From positions 92,542,854-92,606,853 of the forward strand of contig JASCQW010000081.1 in NCBI GenBank assembly GCA_030264375.1: DNA of 64,000 bases. The letters are read 5' to 3'. Position 1 is the stretch's first letter, and each line of letters opens with the position of its first letter. The DNA comes from Carcharhinus longimanus. Taxonomy: Eukaryota. Positions 12,001 through 27,000 of this stretch are shown here, piece after piece. The position numbers were made by a program, and so were the translations under genes. Under the pieces are notes generated by a model, which made no database searches, had not been told where the DNA came from, and saw only the letters and a list, made by a program, of their open reading frames with translations.

Positions 12001-15000
12001 ACCGAAAAATAACTGATTTCTTAAAGAATCGTGAAATTTAACGTAATGTTTCACCAATTTCTATTCGCAGTCTCGCATTTTCTGAAAAAAAGAATATTGA
12101 AAGATCAAGAAAAAAATCAATGCACTTATGTCAAATTATTGATCCACGGTAACTACAATTGTATTTCCTCTCACACCGGAGGCGATTAATAATAGCGGTT
12201 TGATAGCAACAGATTCTGGCGAATGCAGTACGTGTTCACTGGGTTTAATCTGAGCCAAAGTCACTGGATGGAATATTTCTACAGGCAATCGAAACGGAGA
12301 GATGGAATTTTGCACGTCACAAATATATCCACCTTACCTTTTCTCAGCGCGTCCGCTGAGGAAAAATAAACACATGCATTTTGTTATGAAGGCGAAGTGA
12401 ATTCATGTGGTGAAAGCCTGTTTGTTAATCACTCAGATCCCACCTTGCACCTGTCACATTAGATCTATAAAATTGGCTGACTTGTGACCGTCATGTTAAT
12501 GTCCACTGTGTCCCTTCTTTGTTTCCCAAATGTATAACATTTGATGTGATTTGATTTGATTTATTATTCTCATGTGTTTTGCTATACAATGAAACGTATT
12601 GTTTGTTGCGCTCTATACAGACCAAACATACCATTCATAGACGACATAGGGGTCAACGAAAGGAAAGCGTGCTGAACTCAGTGTTACAGCCATAGTTAAG
12701 ACGCAGAGAAAAATCGGTTTAATATAACGCTAGTTCATTTAAAAGTCTGATGGCAGCAGGGACGAATTTGTCCTTGAGTCGGTTGGTACGTGATCTGAGA
12801 CTTCTGTCTCTTTCTTGAAGAAAGAAGGTGAAAGAAAGTAGGCCCAGTGTGAGTGGGGTTCCTTTATAATGTATAACATTATTATACACCATAGGAAGGA
12901 AATTGCAGCAATCTCAATTTTTATAGGTTGCACGACACTTTTGGATACCCGTCATAGCTGTGGTTTTGTTTTTTAGATAATTCAAACGTTTACAATTTCG
13001 TATCACTAGAACGGCAATTTTCAGACAAAAGTTTCTGAAATGCAGGACAGTAAGTAAGTATCAATTGTTCATTACAAGTGAATGTACAAACAATATAGCT
13101 CACATATCAGAGAGATAAAAGTCAAGTGAGGAAAAATGGGAGGTGCAAAGTCTGTCACGTGTGCTTGACATATTCAATTACTTGCAAGCTGTTTCAGCAA
13201 ATGATTATAGAGGAGGAATGAATTTGTCCAACCGGTGCGTATAGTTTTAACGCCACAATTCTATAAAACAATGCAAGGTTGGGCTTCTCTGAAAATTCTC
13301 TATAAGAGAAATGGTGCAACGTACACACAAGAACTTGGAATATTGATGAGAGAATAAAATACATCATTGCCGCCCTTTCAGGATTTGCAATCAGTAGCAA
13401 CAAGTTACCAGTGCAGTTAACAGAATACGCATAATTCCAACATAATCTGATTTGGCTTCAAGTACAGGTACGTGAAACTTACAAATTATTGCATTCTTGA
13501 AAGAATTGAGTTGATGAGTGAAAAAGATAATTGATGCAGTTTGCAACTTTGTCGAACTTAGAAATTCTATCAATTTTTTCGAAAATATTTTTAAAAAGGA
13601 TGAAAAAGACTGACGTTTATGAATTACATTTGAAGAACAAGATTGTATTTTCGTTGGAACAAATTTTGAAAATATATAATTATACAGGAGGTAAGTTTAA
13701 TGTGCTGAAATCAACCCGCTTGTTAAATCAGAAAGCTTCAAATGCCATCAAATAGTATTGTTTGTGAAATCAATAATGCCTGGTAAAGCATTTGTATCAA
13801 AAAATACATTACTAATGGAGAAGAATCAATCTCTGATTTAAAATATGAGCCTCTACGATTTGAAAAGAATATGTTTTTTTTTCCCTTTTCGGAAAATGAA
13901 TTTGTCCAGGAGGACATTATCAAAAATAATCTAAAGCCAGGTTCTTGAAAGTGAAAAATGGGCAAATATATTAATGGTTGACATCTTTAAAAATTTGGAA
14001 GCTGCCGGACTGGACAAATGATGCACTGGAGAATTCATAGCTGCAGTGGCGCTAACTGACGGGTTCAAACGTCTTTTTGTAATTGCTTTCAGCCATGGCT
14101 CATTTGGTAGCACCATGCATATTGGAGTCACACGTTATTGGTTATAGTTCGACTTCATTTGTTTAAACTGACATTTCGGCTGCCAAGCCGGTGCATTACT
14201 GAAGGATCTGCGTACTGTTGCTCGTGCCATCTTTAGAAATACAGGCGCTGTTAGGCATCCATGACTACATGAAAGGCCAAGCAGAAAAAGACAGATATCT
14301 GTGTAGGTAGGGGGTGCATTGCTAGATAGATAGAAAGATAAATAATAGACTGACAGATGAACGGACGGAGGGTCAGGCAGACGGACGTAGAATGTATGCA
14401 TGTTTTATGCATACAGGCATGCATGTCTGGACGGATATATAGATGGATGGATGGATAGATGAATGGATGTATGGATGGATCGATGGATGGTTGGATATAT
14501 GGTTCGGTCATCCTCGTTAGGTTTCTCTTATTTTGCTATGTGAAGAATGTCCTTGTTATTCCTGAGCCCCTTCCCCATTGTTTACTTGAGTAAGTAAATT
14601 ACTATCTCCATACCCATTCACTTTCTCATTGGAACCTGAAGAATGCATCAAAGCTGCTTCCAAATCATTAGCATCAAGCTTCTCTGAACACCAAATGGAC
14701 CACACCAGATACTGCCCTTCCCTTTTTGCACTTCTCTATCCGACTATTGGAGACGTTGGCGACGAATTTTCTCTATTTACTGATTTAATGTGACAGCTAT
14801 CTCATTTACGTCACAGCTGTCATATCATTCCTCTCTTCACCGAGGAATTCAAATACAAGTTGAACAAGTACAATACACGTTTACGACTTTCAGCCCATAT
14901 GCAAGGTTCAAATCATGCCGTTGCTTGTCATTCTAATTCACCACGTTGCGTCCTCACTCACATTTCTGTCCAAGGCCTGCTGCACTCTTCCGCACTTGCT

Positions 15001-18000
15001 GAATGTAAGCTTACGCATCAGGAAATGAAAAAAAAATGTCGAATTAAGCGTTTTACTGCGCTCAACGCTTCAGACCTTGAACTTTGTATCCAATTTTGAT
15101 TCATTGTTTGCCACCTGCCTTGTTTTTTTTTTCAGTTTTGTTTTAAGACGGAACTGCTCTTAAGGCTAGGTGTTTGATTTATTTTTTTACAACAGCCATT
15201 ACCACCCCATTTGCCTTTCGTTTTATGACATATTTATCATTTAAACACCCCCACCCTTTATTGGAAAACTATTTTCTATCTTCTCCACCCCAACCCTCAA
15301 CGTCATAAATGCCAACACATTTATACCTTCCTGCAGGTCCTTTGAGGAATCATTCTATTCAACAGGTTACCTATGCTTGCCTCTCTGCAGAGCCTTCAAT
15401 GTTTTCCATACTTCCTGTTTTAACTTTAGGTAGACCGACAAACTATATTCAGGCACTGAAATACAGATGATATACAACAGAATGTAAAGAGAAAGTAGGA
15501 TGTGAATATAAGCGAGTCAAAGACAGAACAGATCTGCTCAACGTCACTGCACGACCTGAACACATAACAGAAAGAAAGCTAACATGGAATTATTGCCAGC
15601 CACCTATTTCAGAAAATAGATAATTAAGTCTTAACCGAACGTTGCAAGTCTCTGTCACAAAATATCACAATCCGTTTGCATACTTACGAGTTTGTACAGC
15701 ACCTGCAATGATAATCAACTCGATAAGTATTAGTATTAATTTCTTCATCGCTTAACGATCCACGTATCTGTTTTGAACTAATTAACTGTGTTACACTTTA
15801 ACAAAAAAGATTAAAGAAATTGCAATGCATGTTTGGCCATAAGCTGCATTATTTGTGATTTTGCTCGACAGATGATGTGCCGTTCGATAAATAAATGGAA
15901 ATGTAAGCACATGGATAAATATGCAGAGAAGTGGGTATTTGCCGAGAGGTGGCTCACAAACAGATAAATTAAAAGTCTTCTGACGACAAGCTTCAGTGAA
16001 TTCATCTTGAACCGCCAAAAGGAAATGCAATTGAATTGCTTCAGAGAACAATTACTTCTGCATTTAAAATTCAACAGAATGGATTTTGGACTGAATCCAC
16101 GGACAGGTCACTGCAGAAGAAATCTGTGCAGATGTAGATGGCCGTCATGTCTAATATTAATTTCCGCATGCACAACTTAACATTCACCATACATTTCCCT
16201 AGTGTGCATAAAATGAGAACTCCCTCTACAGTGCACCGCAGATATAAACCGGGTTAGTCAGGAGTAAACTAATGAGCAGAAATGTGTTGCAGCACAGTGA
16301 CCAAGACCTTCTGCAATGCAAATCGATGCGCTGAACCAGTGTTGAAATACAATTTCAAATTACTAAATTATAACTTTGTTAATTATAATTGACTACTTTA
16401 TATGCGTTTACTCTTGACAAAATGTAAAATATCCCTTAACGAAGGAAAGCATGTCAAATAGTTTTATTTATTTAACATTGATACCTCTCTTCCTTCCATC
16501 ATCACATTGCTAAGGATATTCCACGTTATTTCTCTCTGAAGCATTTCTGGCGTTGGAATAAGCTCTGCGTGTTTAAGTTAATGTTATTGGTTTATTTGTT
16601 AATGCCACAAGTAGGCTGACATTAATACTGAGGTTACTGTGAAAATCCCCGAGGCGCCAAACTTTGGCACCTGTTTCGGTACGCTGAGGGAAAATTTAGC
16701 GTATCCCATGCATCTAACCAGCAGACCTTTGGCAGTAACTGTAGCCTATGTACATTTCGACTTCTGCACAAGTCATTACATTTATTAAAACGTGATTCAT
16801 ATCGCTAATTGTAGACATCTTACATTGTAGACATTGAGAAAGACGATGTGTTGGAGCTTTTGAAAAGTATCAAGTTAGATAAGTCACCGAGACCGGATGG
16901 GATGTACTCCACGTTACTGTGGGAGACGAGGGAAGAGATTGCTGAGCCTCTGGCAATGATCTTTGCGTCAGCAAAGGAGACGGGAGTGGTTCCGGAGAAT
17001 TGGAGGATTGTGGATGTAGTTCCTTTATTCAAGAAAGGGAGAAGAGATAGGCCAGGAAATTATAGACCAGTGAGTCGAACCTCAGTGGTTGCTAAGTTGA
17101 TGGAAAAGTTCCTGAGAGGCAGGATTTATGAACATTTGGAGATGAATGGTATGATCAAGAATAGTCAGCATGGCTTTGACAAAGGCAGAACATGCCTTAC
17201 CAGCCTGATAGAATTTTTTGAGAATGTGTCTAAACACATTGACAAAGGAAGAACAGTAGATGTGGTTTACATGGACCTCAGGAAGGCGTTTGATAAGGTG
17301 CCCCATGCAAGGCTTTTTGAGAAAGTAAGGGGGCATGGAATCGAATGGGGCATTGCTCTGTGGATTCAGAACGGGCTTGGCCACAGAAGGCAAAGTGTGG
17401 TTGTAGGTGGGTCTTTGTCTGCATGGAGATCCGTCACCAGGGGAGTGTCCCCGGGATCTGTTCTCTTTGTGATTTTTATAAATAACCTGGATGAGGGAGT
17501 GGAGGGATGGGTTGGTAAGTTTGCTGATGACACAAAAGTTGGAGGTGTTGCGGATAGTGTGGAGGGATGTCAGAAGTTGCAGTGAGTCATTGATAGGATG
17601 CAAGACTGGGCGGAGAAGTGGCAGATGGATTTCAAACCAGATAAGTGTGTGGTGATTCATTTTGGCTGGTCAAATAGGATGGCAGAGTATGATATTAAGG
17701 GTAAGACGCTTGGCAGTGTGGAATATCAGAAGGATCTTGGGGTCCGGGTTCATAGGACACTCAAAACAGCTTCATAGGAAGAGACTGTGGTTAAGAAGGC
17801 GTATGGTGTACTGGCATTCATCAATCGAGGAATTGAGGTTAGGAGTCGCGAGATAATGCTGCAGCTGTATAAGACCCTGGTCAGACCCCATTTGGAGGAC
17901 TGTGGTCAGTTCTGGTCGCCTCATTAAAGAAAGGATGTGGAAGCCATAGAAAGGGTGCAGAGGAGATTTATCAGGATGTTGCCTGGACTGGGTGGCATGC

Positions 18001-21000
18001 CTTATGAGGATAGGTTGAAAGAGCTCGGTCTTTTCTCCTTGGAGAGACGAAGGATGAGGGGTGACCTGATAGAGGTGTATAAGATGTTAAGAGCTATTGA
18101 TCGAGTGGTTTCTCAGAGGTTTTTTTTTCCCCAGGGATGAAATGGTTGCCCCAAGGGGACACAGGTTTAGGGTGCCGGGGAGCAGGTACAGAGGAAGTGT
18201 CAGGGGTACGTTTTTCGTTCAGAGGTTGGTGGGTGCGTGGAATCGGCTGCCGGCAGTGGTGGTGCAGACGGATTCAATGGCGTTTTTTAAGAGGCGTTTT
18301 TTGGATAAGTACATGGAACTTAGTAAGATAGAGGGTTATAGGTACGCCTAATAGGTAGGGACATCTTCGGCGCAACTTGAGGGCCGAAGGGCCTGTTTGT
18401 GCTGCAGTTTTTCTAAGTTTCTATGTTTCTAATTGAGAAATTTCAGCATATAAATTGTTCATTCGATCATACAGAACGTCGGCATTTTCTGAGCGCTGTT
18501 TTAAAATGCTGCTGTTTGGATCTTCACCGCAATTTCTGCAGCTCCCAAGCTGAGAGACATTGCTTGCATTTCCCTGGCATGCTATGATAATCACTTGTTT
18601 GAAACTATTAACTATTATTTTTCCTACGAGTTCAATTAAAATATTTGCTTGTATTACATTTTGTTCCTCTGGACTGCACTGTGCCTTCCTTGACCACTCT
18701 TCCTCTCTCTCTCATCACACCCAAATGCAAGTGCTGGTGAGCTCGAGATATTACTTCTTCTGAAACTCAATATGCATAATCACGCCATTCTTAAATAGTG
18801 CATCATTTTTCTCTGTGCAGCAATCTTCTGTTCCTGTGTTTCAAAGAAATCCTGGTTTCTAATATCGGGAAATTTCATTGTCACACTACACTGCCCTCGA
18901 CAACCACCCCGACCTTCAATTTAGCATTTCCGAGCAGTGATAGGCATTCTTTGGAATGCTATCCATTCAGTATTTTAGCAGCTGGGCAGTATTATAGAAA
19001 ATGGCAAAAAGGTGAAGCGACTTCAGTGGCAACACAAACATTTCTTGCGAATAAAACATCATAATTTAGATTTAGATTAATGTCTAATTATGCATCCAGC
19101 TCAGAACGAGACACAGGATGCAGGCTGGAAGAAACATTCTCCATGGTAAACCAACACGATTAATTATTTCCGGATGATGATATTGCATTCTTCTTTCAAT
19201 GCTGCAGTATACAATGTAGCTCTGAAACAGAATAACCTGCCATTGACATTTAGACAGCTGACAGAGGAAAAAAAATATTTTCTTTTTATTAATAGGGAGT
19301 AAACGATTTAGGCACTTACGTGCTGTTTTGTCTTCCAAGTCAGCCTCTAACGAAACAAGACACATAGAATGTAATTGTTGCAAAATCGCGGATAATAACT
19401 CGCTGATTTTCAAGATCGAACCACATTGATTCCTCATCAAGATTCAATGGGAAACGTTTGGCAAAAGAAGTAGCATGCGTATTACTACAACAAATTGTAC
19501 AATTGAATTAACAAAATACGTGCACGACATTATCTTTAATATATCGAAAATGAGAAGTTTCCCGGCGTTGCAGCAACGACTAATATGTGGATACTGACTA
19601 TAAAATTGTATAACGTCTGAAGGCGCTTCAGTACAAATCTATCAACCAAAACTTGACACCACATCACAGAGTAAATAATATTAAGGTATATAATGTATGT
19701 TGTTGTTCAGAGGCTAATTTATAGTGGATTAAGGAATCTGTGATTATTCTTGACTTTAAGAATGATCTTGGAATGTTGAATTGATTTTTACAGATGAGAT
19801 AAGCATGGCATTTCTTTATAAGGTCCAGTCCGTGCTGCTAATCGGTGACGCATTCCACTGCCCACAGCTAAAATTTTGGCAGTGTATATTTAAAATGTAA
19901 AATCCCCGTGAGGACATTCCCACTTTCATCACACTAGCCATTTATAAAATCCCTGCCTGGAGCTAAAATTTAGTGATAACCAACAAATGGAGTAGCGAAG
20001 CAGATGTCCTCTTAACCCGCACGCCAATTAAAATGGAAATCAGGCGCCTTTTAAAACTTTTGCAAATTTGTGCGTTTTTTTGCTGCTTAACTTCACTTCC
20101 GTTGCGGAAGTGAATAAGTTAGACGAAAATATTACCGATACGAATGACCCTGACATTGAAGCATTGAGTGAAGTTTTACCAATATTTTCCTGTGAAAGAA
20201 TTCAATGTCACACGGCAAAATATTCTGCTTATTGATATTACTAACGGAATCCGTTTTGGTGCTTACGGCATTCAATGAGAGATTTCTCCACATCGCTTAA
20301 TTCTGGAAGAGAAACGCCAGATAATTGGTCCACTGCAGTTTTTAATTTGCATTGCCGAATTTGAAAAGCAGCGCATTGTTCGGCTTAACGATGATATGGT
20401 ATGGTAATGGTAATACAGTTACAGAATTAAAGAACGTAACAGGGAATTTAGCACATCCATTCATTGTGATACGTTTCATTACAATGCATGCCAGTCATGC
20501 ATCCATATATTGTCTGCGCCATGTTAAGATGGAACATTTTAGCAGTAATTTGCCCGTCCCTCTCCTTAAATATTGACCAGCTTGCTTTGTCCCAAATTTT
20601 GTTTAAAGGATTTCGCTTTAGTGTTTATTTTGAAAGAGAAATTTGTCCGACAGCATAGTTCAACAGTTGGTGAATTTATATTGACATTATTAACAGAAGA
20701 AAGATAGATAAATTGTAAGAAGAAAAATATTTATTTTATTTAACTGTATATAATGTTATGCATAAACATTTAATAAGAGATGCCATCCAAACGTATTCAA
20801 AGCAACTGCATATCTTGCCCATTAATGGGGAAAATATATCCAGTTAATCATTTTCAGTGGAAACAAGGCAAATTTATTTTCCAAACAATCATTTGGATTT
20901 CTGTCAAAAACGAGATAAATGGCGGACTATGCATTCAAGTTATGTCCATATTCAAATGATATTCAAAAGTTACACTGCTTTGAAGAACTGTTGACAGTCA

Positions 21001-24000
21001 CGTTCGCTGTCAATTTCTTTGCGTTGGCAATGGCAATGATCAAACCAAAGTCTGGTGAAAGACGTTTGAATGCGGTAACCATTATGGTTGCAAAATAAAA
21101 CTCTCCCCATAAGGAAATTATCGGAGTGGCCACTACGTCAAGTCTTTGAAATCATAAAGGGAAACAATTATATTGTCGAATGTTCCGATTGGAGACAATT
21201 TTCGATTCGTACCCGTTCTTTTTATGGCATAGAATTTTGCGAAATTATTGTGTCTACCTTTGGCTATAGAAGACTCCTGCATCGATCATTTTTCATCTAC
21301 TGTCCCGTATGAGTTGCCATGCTGAACCTACTGTTTCTAACCTCTAAAAGCCAAGTAGGAGCGCAAATGAATTCTGCGACTTCATGCACAAGTAGATGAC
21401 AATGGTTGTTGATTTAAAAAGGCAGCACTATGGGCAAGCATCCCCGTACAAATATTATCCCATCAAGGTTATCTGCATGAATTGAGAGATATTTACCTTG
21501 CTGATTTCCGGTAATTTTTTCCGCTGAAAATGCAGAATCAAGTGTAATGGTAACTAATGCGATAATTTTAATGTCCATTTTCACGAATTATAATTCGCTG
21601 CTTGGTGTCAAGTTCTTAAGTTTGGAATCAGAATTAAGGATACAATTATAATGAATTTCGGAACTGAACCTTACTTTAGCCATCTCTAACGCACTGCTGT
21701 TTGCTATTTTACAGTCATCAATGTAAACATGAGTATTGGTAGCAGCCATGTTTTCATGTTTTCAAACAATAACATTTATAAGACGTTTTTTCTTTCAAAT
21801 ATTGCAGTGAGAAAATGCTGAGCAAAGCATTTGTGATATGTTTGAGGAGTTTGAAGAAAGTGAGTTTCATGCAAATACATGGAATCTGCAACTCCGTAGC
21901 AGGTAGGTGTGCTTTACGAAAGTAGAGATCCTCTCTCTGTTGTAATCGCGTGCTGGACGCTACTTTTTTTTATTTCACTCTCCTTGATCTCTTACCATAT
22001 TTTTGATTTTATACTTTCGTTGNNNNNNNNNNTAACCTCTCCATCGGTGAAACTGTTTCTTCATCTCCATTTGAAAGAAACTTTCAGAATTTCAAAGGCA
22101 TCAACTGAGTGTGTGGACTAGTATTATCACCTTTTTGACTGTTCTTAACAGTCACAGTCCCTCAATGATGGCCATATCTCACAACAAGATAACTTTCCAA
22201 ATTGGCCCTTCGAACAACGATAAAGACAGCAATCACTGTCACTCGATTCGGTTAAATGAAAAGTACAACTGAGATACTTACATGATGTCTAATCAGGCTA
22301 CGTTTTCTATTAGATCATACAACTAATCTCCATTGCACTGTCGCCTAAAGATATTCAGCTGCCTAAGCATGGTAGATATTGAGCGGAATTTGAAGTGATT
22401 ATTGCATTGTCTAATGTTGATAGCATGTGAACTGACGTAACTGCAGGGCTTGCTAAAATTGGAATCCAATTTGATAACAAAAATTATTCGTTTATGTTTC
22501 CAAAGAAAAGAAACGGTCATTCACAAACATTAGAACACAAATGAAGAATTAGGTTAGTTCTTTATTTAACCGAGAATGAGCGTGAAAATGAGTTGTATTT
22601 AGCGAACCAATTTGGTATTAATCTATTGATTAAGGCCATAGTGGCTTCGGATATTCTCAAATATCCAATCAATCATATTATTGACACACCTGTGCCGTAT
22701 TTTGGTGTTTCGAATGTACAGGAAGTAGATGAATAATACCAAGACACTTTCTATCCCTGCAGTTGCTTTATGGAGACCATCATACTTTCCTGTTTTGAAA
22801 ATGACAAAAGGGGAAAAGCAGTGGGTTTGGGTGCGTATTACAGGAAAGGTGCAGAGCCATATTCAATACTAGATACTGGGAGCCAATTATAAAGGAACAG
22901 CCATCCAGTCCAAGCCGCAGAATGAAAGCCCTTCAATTAAGATGAAAACCAAACAGATAACAACAGATTTGCGTTCAATACAACTCAGAGACATGGATGC
23001 AGACATAATGTGCAGGCTGCATCGTCACAACATTTGCAAAGAATAGGATGGGGCCTGAATAGGCATAGTATTTGATAAAAAACGATTTTCGTCAATACAC
23101 ATTGGTTGAAATAACTGGCTGGCAGTTGGGTCTGGACGTGTTTTAATTTGAGAAGGCGGTAGAGAGATCCCTTCTTGAAACACTACAGCCCATGTGGAAC
23201 AGGAGGAACTATTAGTGCTACTAAGAATAGTGGTAAAAAGTTGNNNNNNNNNNAAATTCAGCGACCGAGATGGAACTATGACATGCCTCCAAGTCAAGGT
23301 GGTGTGTTATTTGGAGGGAACGGTGCAGAGTTCCCTTTTCCCCATCCCCCTACCATAATTGTTTTTTTAATTGTTTTCAATCGCTGTTTGGACGGAGATT
23401 TTCCCAATTTTTGTAGTGCCCCCTATAAATATACAGCCGTTGCTAATGTGAATTGCTGGTGGAAAGTGTAAAAGTTTACGTTATTGAGTGGATGCAGACC
23501 AAGTGGCTTGCTTCGCCCCAGATGGTTTTCAGCTTCCTGAGTGAAGTTGGGACCACACTTATTCAGCAAATTGGAAAAAGAAAGTCCATCAGGGCCCTTA
23601 ATTTTGCCTTCTGAATAGTTAACGGGCATTGGAGAGTAAGGAGCTGGGTTCTTTGCTTTAGAATGTATTACTTTTATACAGTCGTATCCGGAATTTCCTC
23701 AGGTCTTGACGCATTTTGAAATGTTCTGCTGCAGTGTCTAAGGTATTGCCTGTGGTACTAACATGGTGCAGTAATTTGCCAATATTCCACTTGTGATGAA
23801 GTGATGCAACTGAAATGACAGGACCCTAGACGGTACCATGGAACTGCTGTGGTGACGTTCTGGAGTCAACATGATTGACGTCCAACAACCACATCACCTT
23901 CGTTTTGTACTAAATGAGATTACAAATGCGAACTTTCCCACTCATTCGCATTGACTTCATTTTCGCTACGAGCATTGGTGTCATAATCAACGAAATGGTG

Positions 24001-27000
24001 TCTTGATGTCACTGTTGGTTAACTTATTTCAACTTATGTTTCCAGTTTCCTTTCCAACCTTGAACCGGGATAGATGAGGTCAGGAGCAGCGTGTCTTGGT
24101 GAAAGCAAAAGTGAGTGGCAGTGATAACATTATTGTTATGTAAGTGCCGCTTGCTAACCGTATCAATGACACATCTATCACTTTAATGATGATCGAGTAT
24201 AGTCTGTTGAAGCAGTGGTTGACCAGAGCGAATGTGCATTGCGTTTTATGGACAGGACGTCTCTGGAAGACTTTTCAAATTACCAGGTAAATCCCTGCCA
24301 CAGCTTTCGCGGTTGCAAGTGAGTTTTGAATATGATTACTCATAATAATTGGATTAATGTTGTTTAGGTCCACAACATTTGCATGATCCAATCCCTGAAT
24401 ATCCCGTTTTTTACCAAGTGGGGAGAATTTACTTGGCTGCGTCTAGCATTTATGATGCAGGAGCACTTACTGGGAGGCAGATGCGCGTTGTCCATTCTGT
24501 GTTTCTGGTTGAAGATTGTTGCGATATTTTGGTATCTTCCTTTTGCGTAGATTTGCTCGACTCTAGCAAGTTGATATTTATGAAGCTTTCTTCCATTGGT
24601 TGTCGTTTGATCGTCCACGGCCATTCACTGTGGCGGGTGACGGACGGCAGGCGTTTGTTCTTTTGATTGGTTTTGGATGTATTCGCTATTTCTATCACAG
24701 GCAGCACCCTATATTTGGCATGAACGCCGTTTTGTGTTATGGCTTCACAAGTTGACACTTAGATTTTAGTTTTGACGGTAATGTTTATGACTTGCATCCC
24801 TGTGCTCTGAATTGAATCGTCGCCAATTCATTGGCTTTACGGTAATGGTAGATTGAGAAAATTTGGTTGAACGCAACCCTGTGATCGATGACTGACAGAA
24901 CGCCATGGCCAACAAGTGTCGTGCTGCTATATATTTTCTGAACTTGTGCAAGTTATGTGACACTACACCGACAGCCATAGTGTCGTACAACTAGTTAGAT
25001 GGCCCCTTCAGCCTAAAAATGGAATTTCGTCTTCACAATAACAGCATGTTTGATGGGCAAGCCAACCTATACTGTCAGGAAGAGATGCAGCTCCGACCGC
25101 TAAATATGTGAAGATGCTGACCAATCAATTTCGTTTTGACAGGCTGCATCAGCACCTGGCAAATGGCCAACATGATAGGTGATTCAACGTTTCTGCCAGT
25201 TCGTTCAGCAGTTCTGCTATCGATTCAGTCGTTGTGTTGTGCATTGAATTCCGCCAGCCAGAATGCGTCATGGAGAGATTCCTACTCACTGCTTCTTACA
25301 AGTGGTGTACTGATAAATCGTCTAAGGTACGATATTATGTCATAACTTTGTTTCCTTTATCCACTGCTTAACGCAAACTTAGAAAATATTGAAATTGCTA
25401 AACGTAAATGTGTTTTCTTTATGAAGTTTACGCAACAAATACACAGCATTGAAGAAGATTTTATGTTTTCTTTCTTGTGGCTTAAGCATCTTTGGCTAGG
25501 CCATAATTCACTGCCTATTTCGAAATGTCTTTGATAACTCGATGGTGAGGTATCTTATTGAACCGCTGCTGCCCATGTTTTGAAGTTGGTCCCACAATGG
25601 TGCTACGGAGGGAGTTGTAGGGAATTCGACACAGTGACCGAAATGCATTTTTTCCGACCTGGGATGATAAATGGCTTTGAGGGGGAACTTTCAAGTCGTG
25701 GCGTTTGCACACGTCTTTAGCCTTGTCTTTCTAGCTGGTAGCCTTCGTGGACATGGAAATTATTTCGCTGAATGTGACCGAAGCGTCCATATGGTCCAAG
25801 CCACTTTGCTGCCAGAATCGACATCTTGCAATCACGATTCAGAAGCAAGTTACTGTTTTTGCCTCCTAAAATTCTGACCACGTGTCCTCTCTGTCCTTTC
25901 TAAGCTGTTCTTTGCCTTTAATTTGATAAATGTTGTTATCAGGTCTTGTTTTAAAGGCAGTGCGCGTGCCAATAGTAAGCTTGTTGAGGAACAGAAATCG
26001 ATAATTCACATAGTTAACTCAGCTGAATACATTTGGATACCGTACCACAAAATGAAATAGGTATGGACTCCTCATCTTGGCGGCATCATTCGCGATTGCC
26101 ATTTCCTTTGTATAAATCACGGAGCACAGTAGAATTAACCGAACTGGGCTTATGATTAAAGCTTTGGCATTTGTATTGAAATATTTTAACATCAAACATA
26201 GAGTCTGGCATTTTGACAGCACGTTGTGAACAGTAATGAGGCGAGTGTCCTGGGAGTCTTCAACATTCATGAAATTTTATTGTATCAGGAAAGCCCTGCC
26301 ATTTGCGTTCAAATCTGCTGGAGTCCAGCGAATTTTAATATAGGTATAGGTAGACACGTCTACCAAATTGGGGCTCTTTTCCCTTGAAAGACGGCGACTG
26401 AGGGGGGATCTAATAGCGGTATATGAGATTATGAAGGGTATAGATAGAGTAAACAGTGGTAAGCTATTTCCTATGTTAGAGATACAGTACGAGGGGGCCA
26501 TGGGCTTAGGGTGAGGGGGGAGAGGTATAACACGGATCTTAGAGGGAGGTTTTTCACACAGAGGGTACTGGGGGTATGGAATGCTCTGCCAAGCAAGGTG
26601 GTGGAAGCAGGCACGCTGGATTTGTTTAAGAGTTACTTAGACAGGCACATGAGCTGGTTGGAGATGGGAGGATATAGGAGATTGTTTTAAACAAGGTTCA
26701 TTAGCATTGGGACGTCCCTGGTGATGTATAAGGATGTGGAATGATACTAATGTTTTTCTCTTTTAAGTCACAGGTTTTAAGTCGGTCCGCCTTGTTGTCC
26801 AACGAGAGGCATACACGCGATAGGTTGTACAAGGGCTGCTCTTGGATGTTCGAGAATAGCCGAGTACTTCGTGTTGTTAGTGTACACTTAAACTGGACCA
26901 GATGCTGGGCAACACGACAGCTCAGTGACTATCACTGTTTGCTGCGCAGACACATGGATTTAGGCCGGTGTCTGTAGGAGTTTACGCATTCTCCCCGTGC

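Noticed and set aside
17082-17660. 192-aa minus-strand ORF
   Set aside because: Antisense shadow of the CR1 reverse transcriptase.
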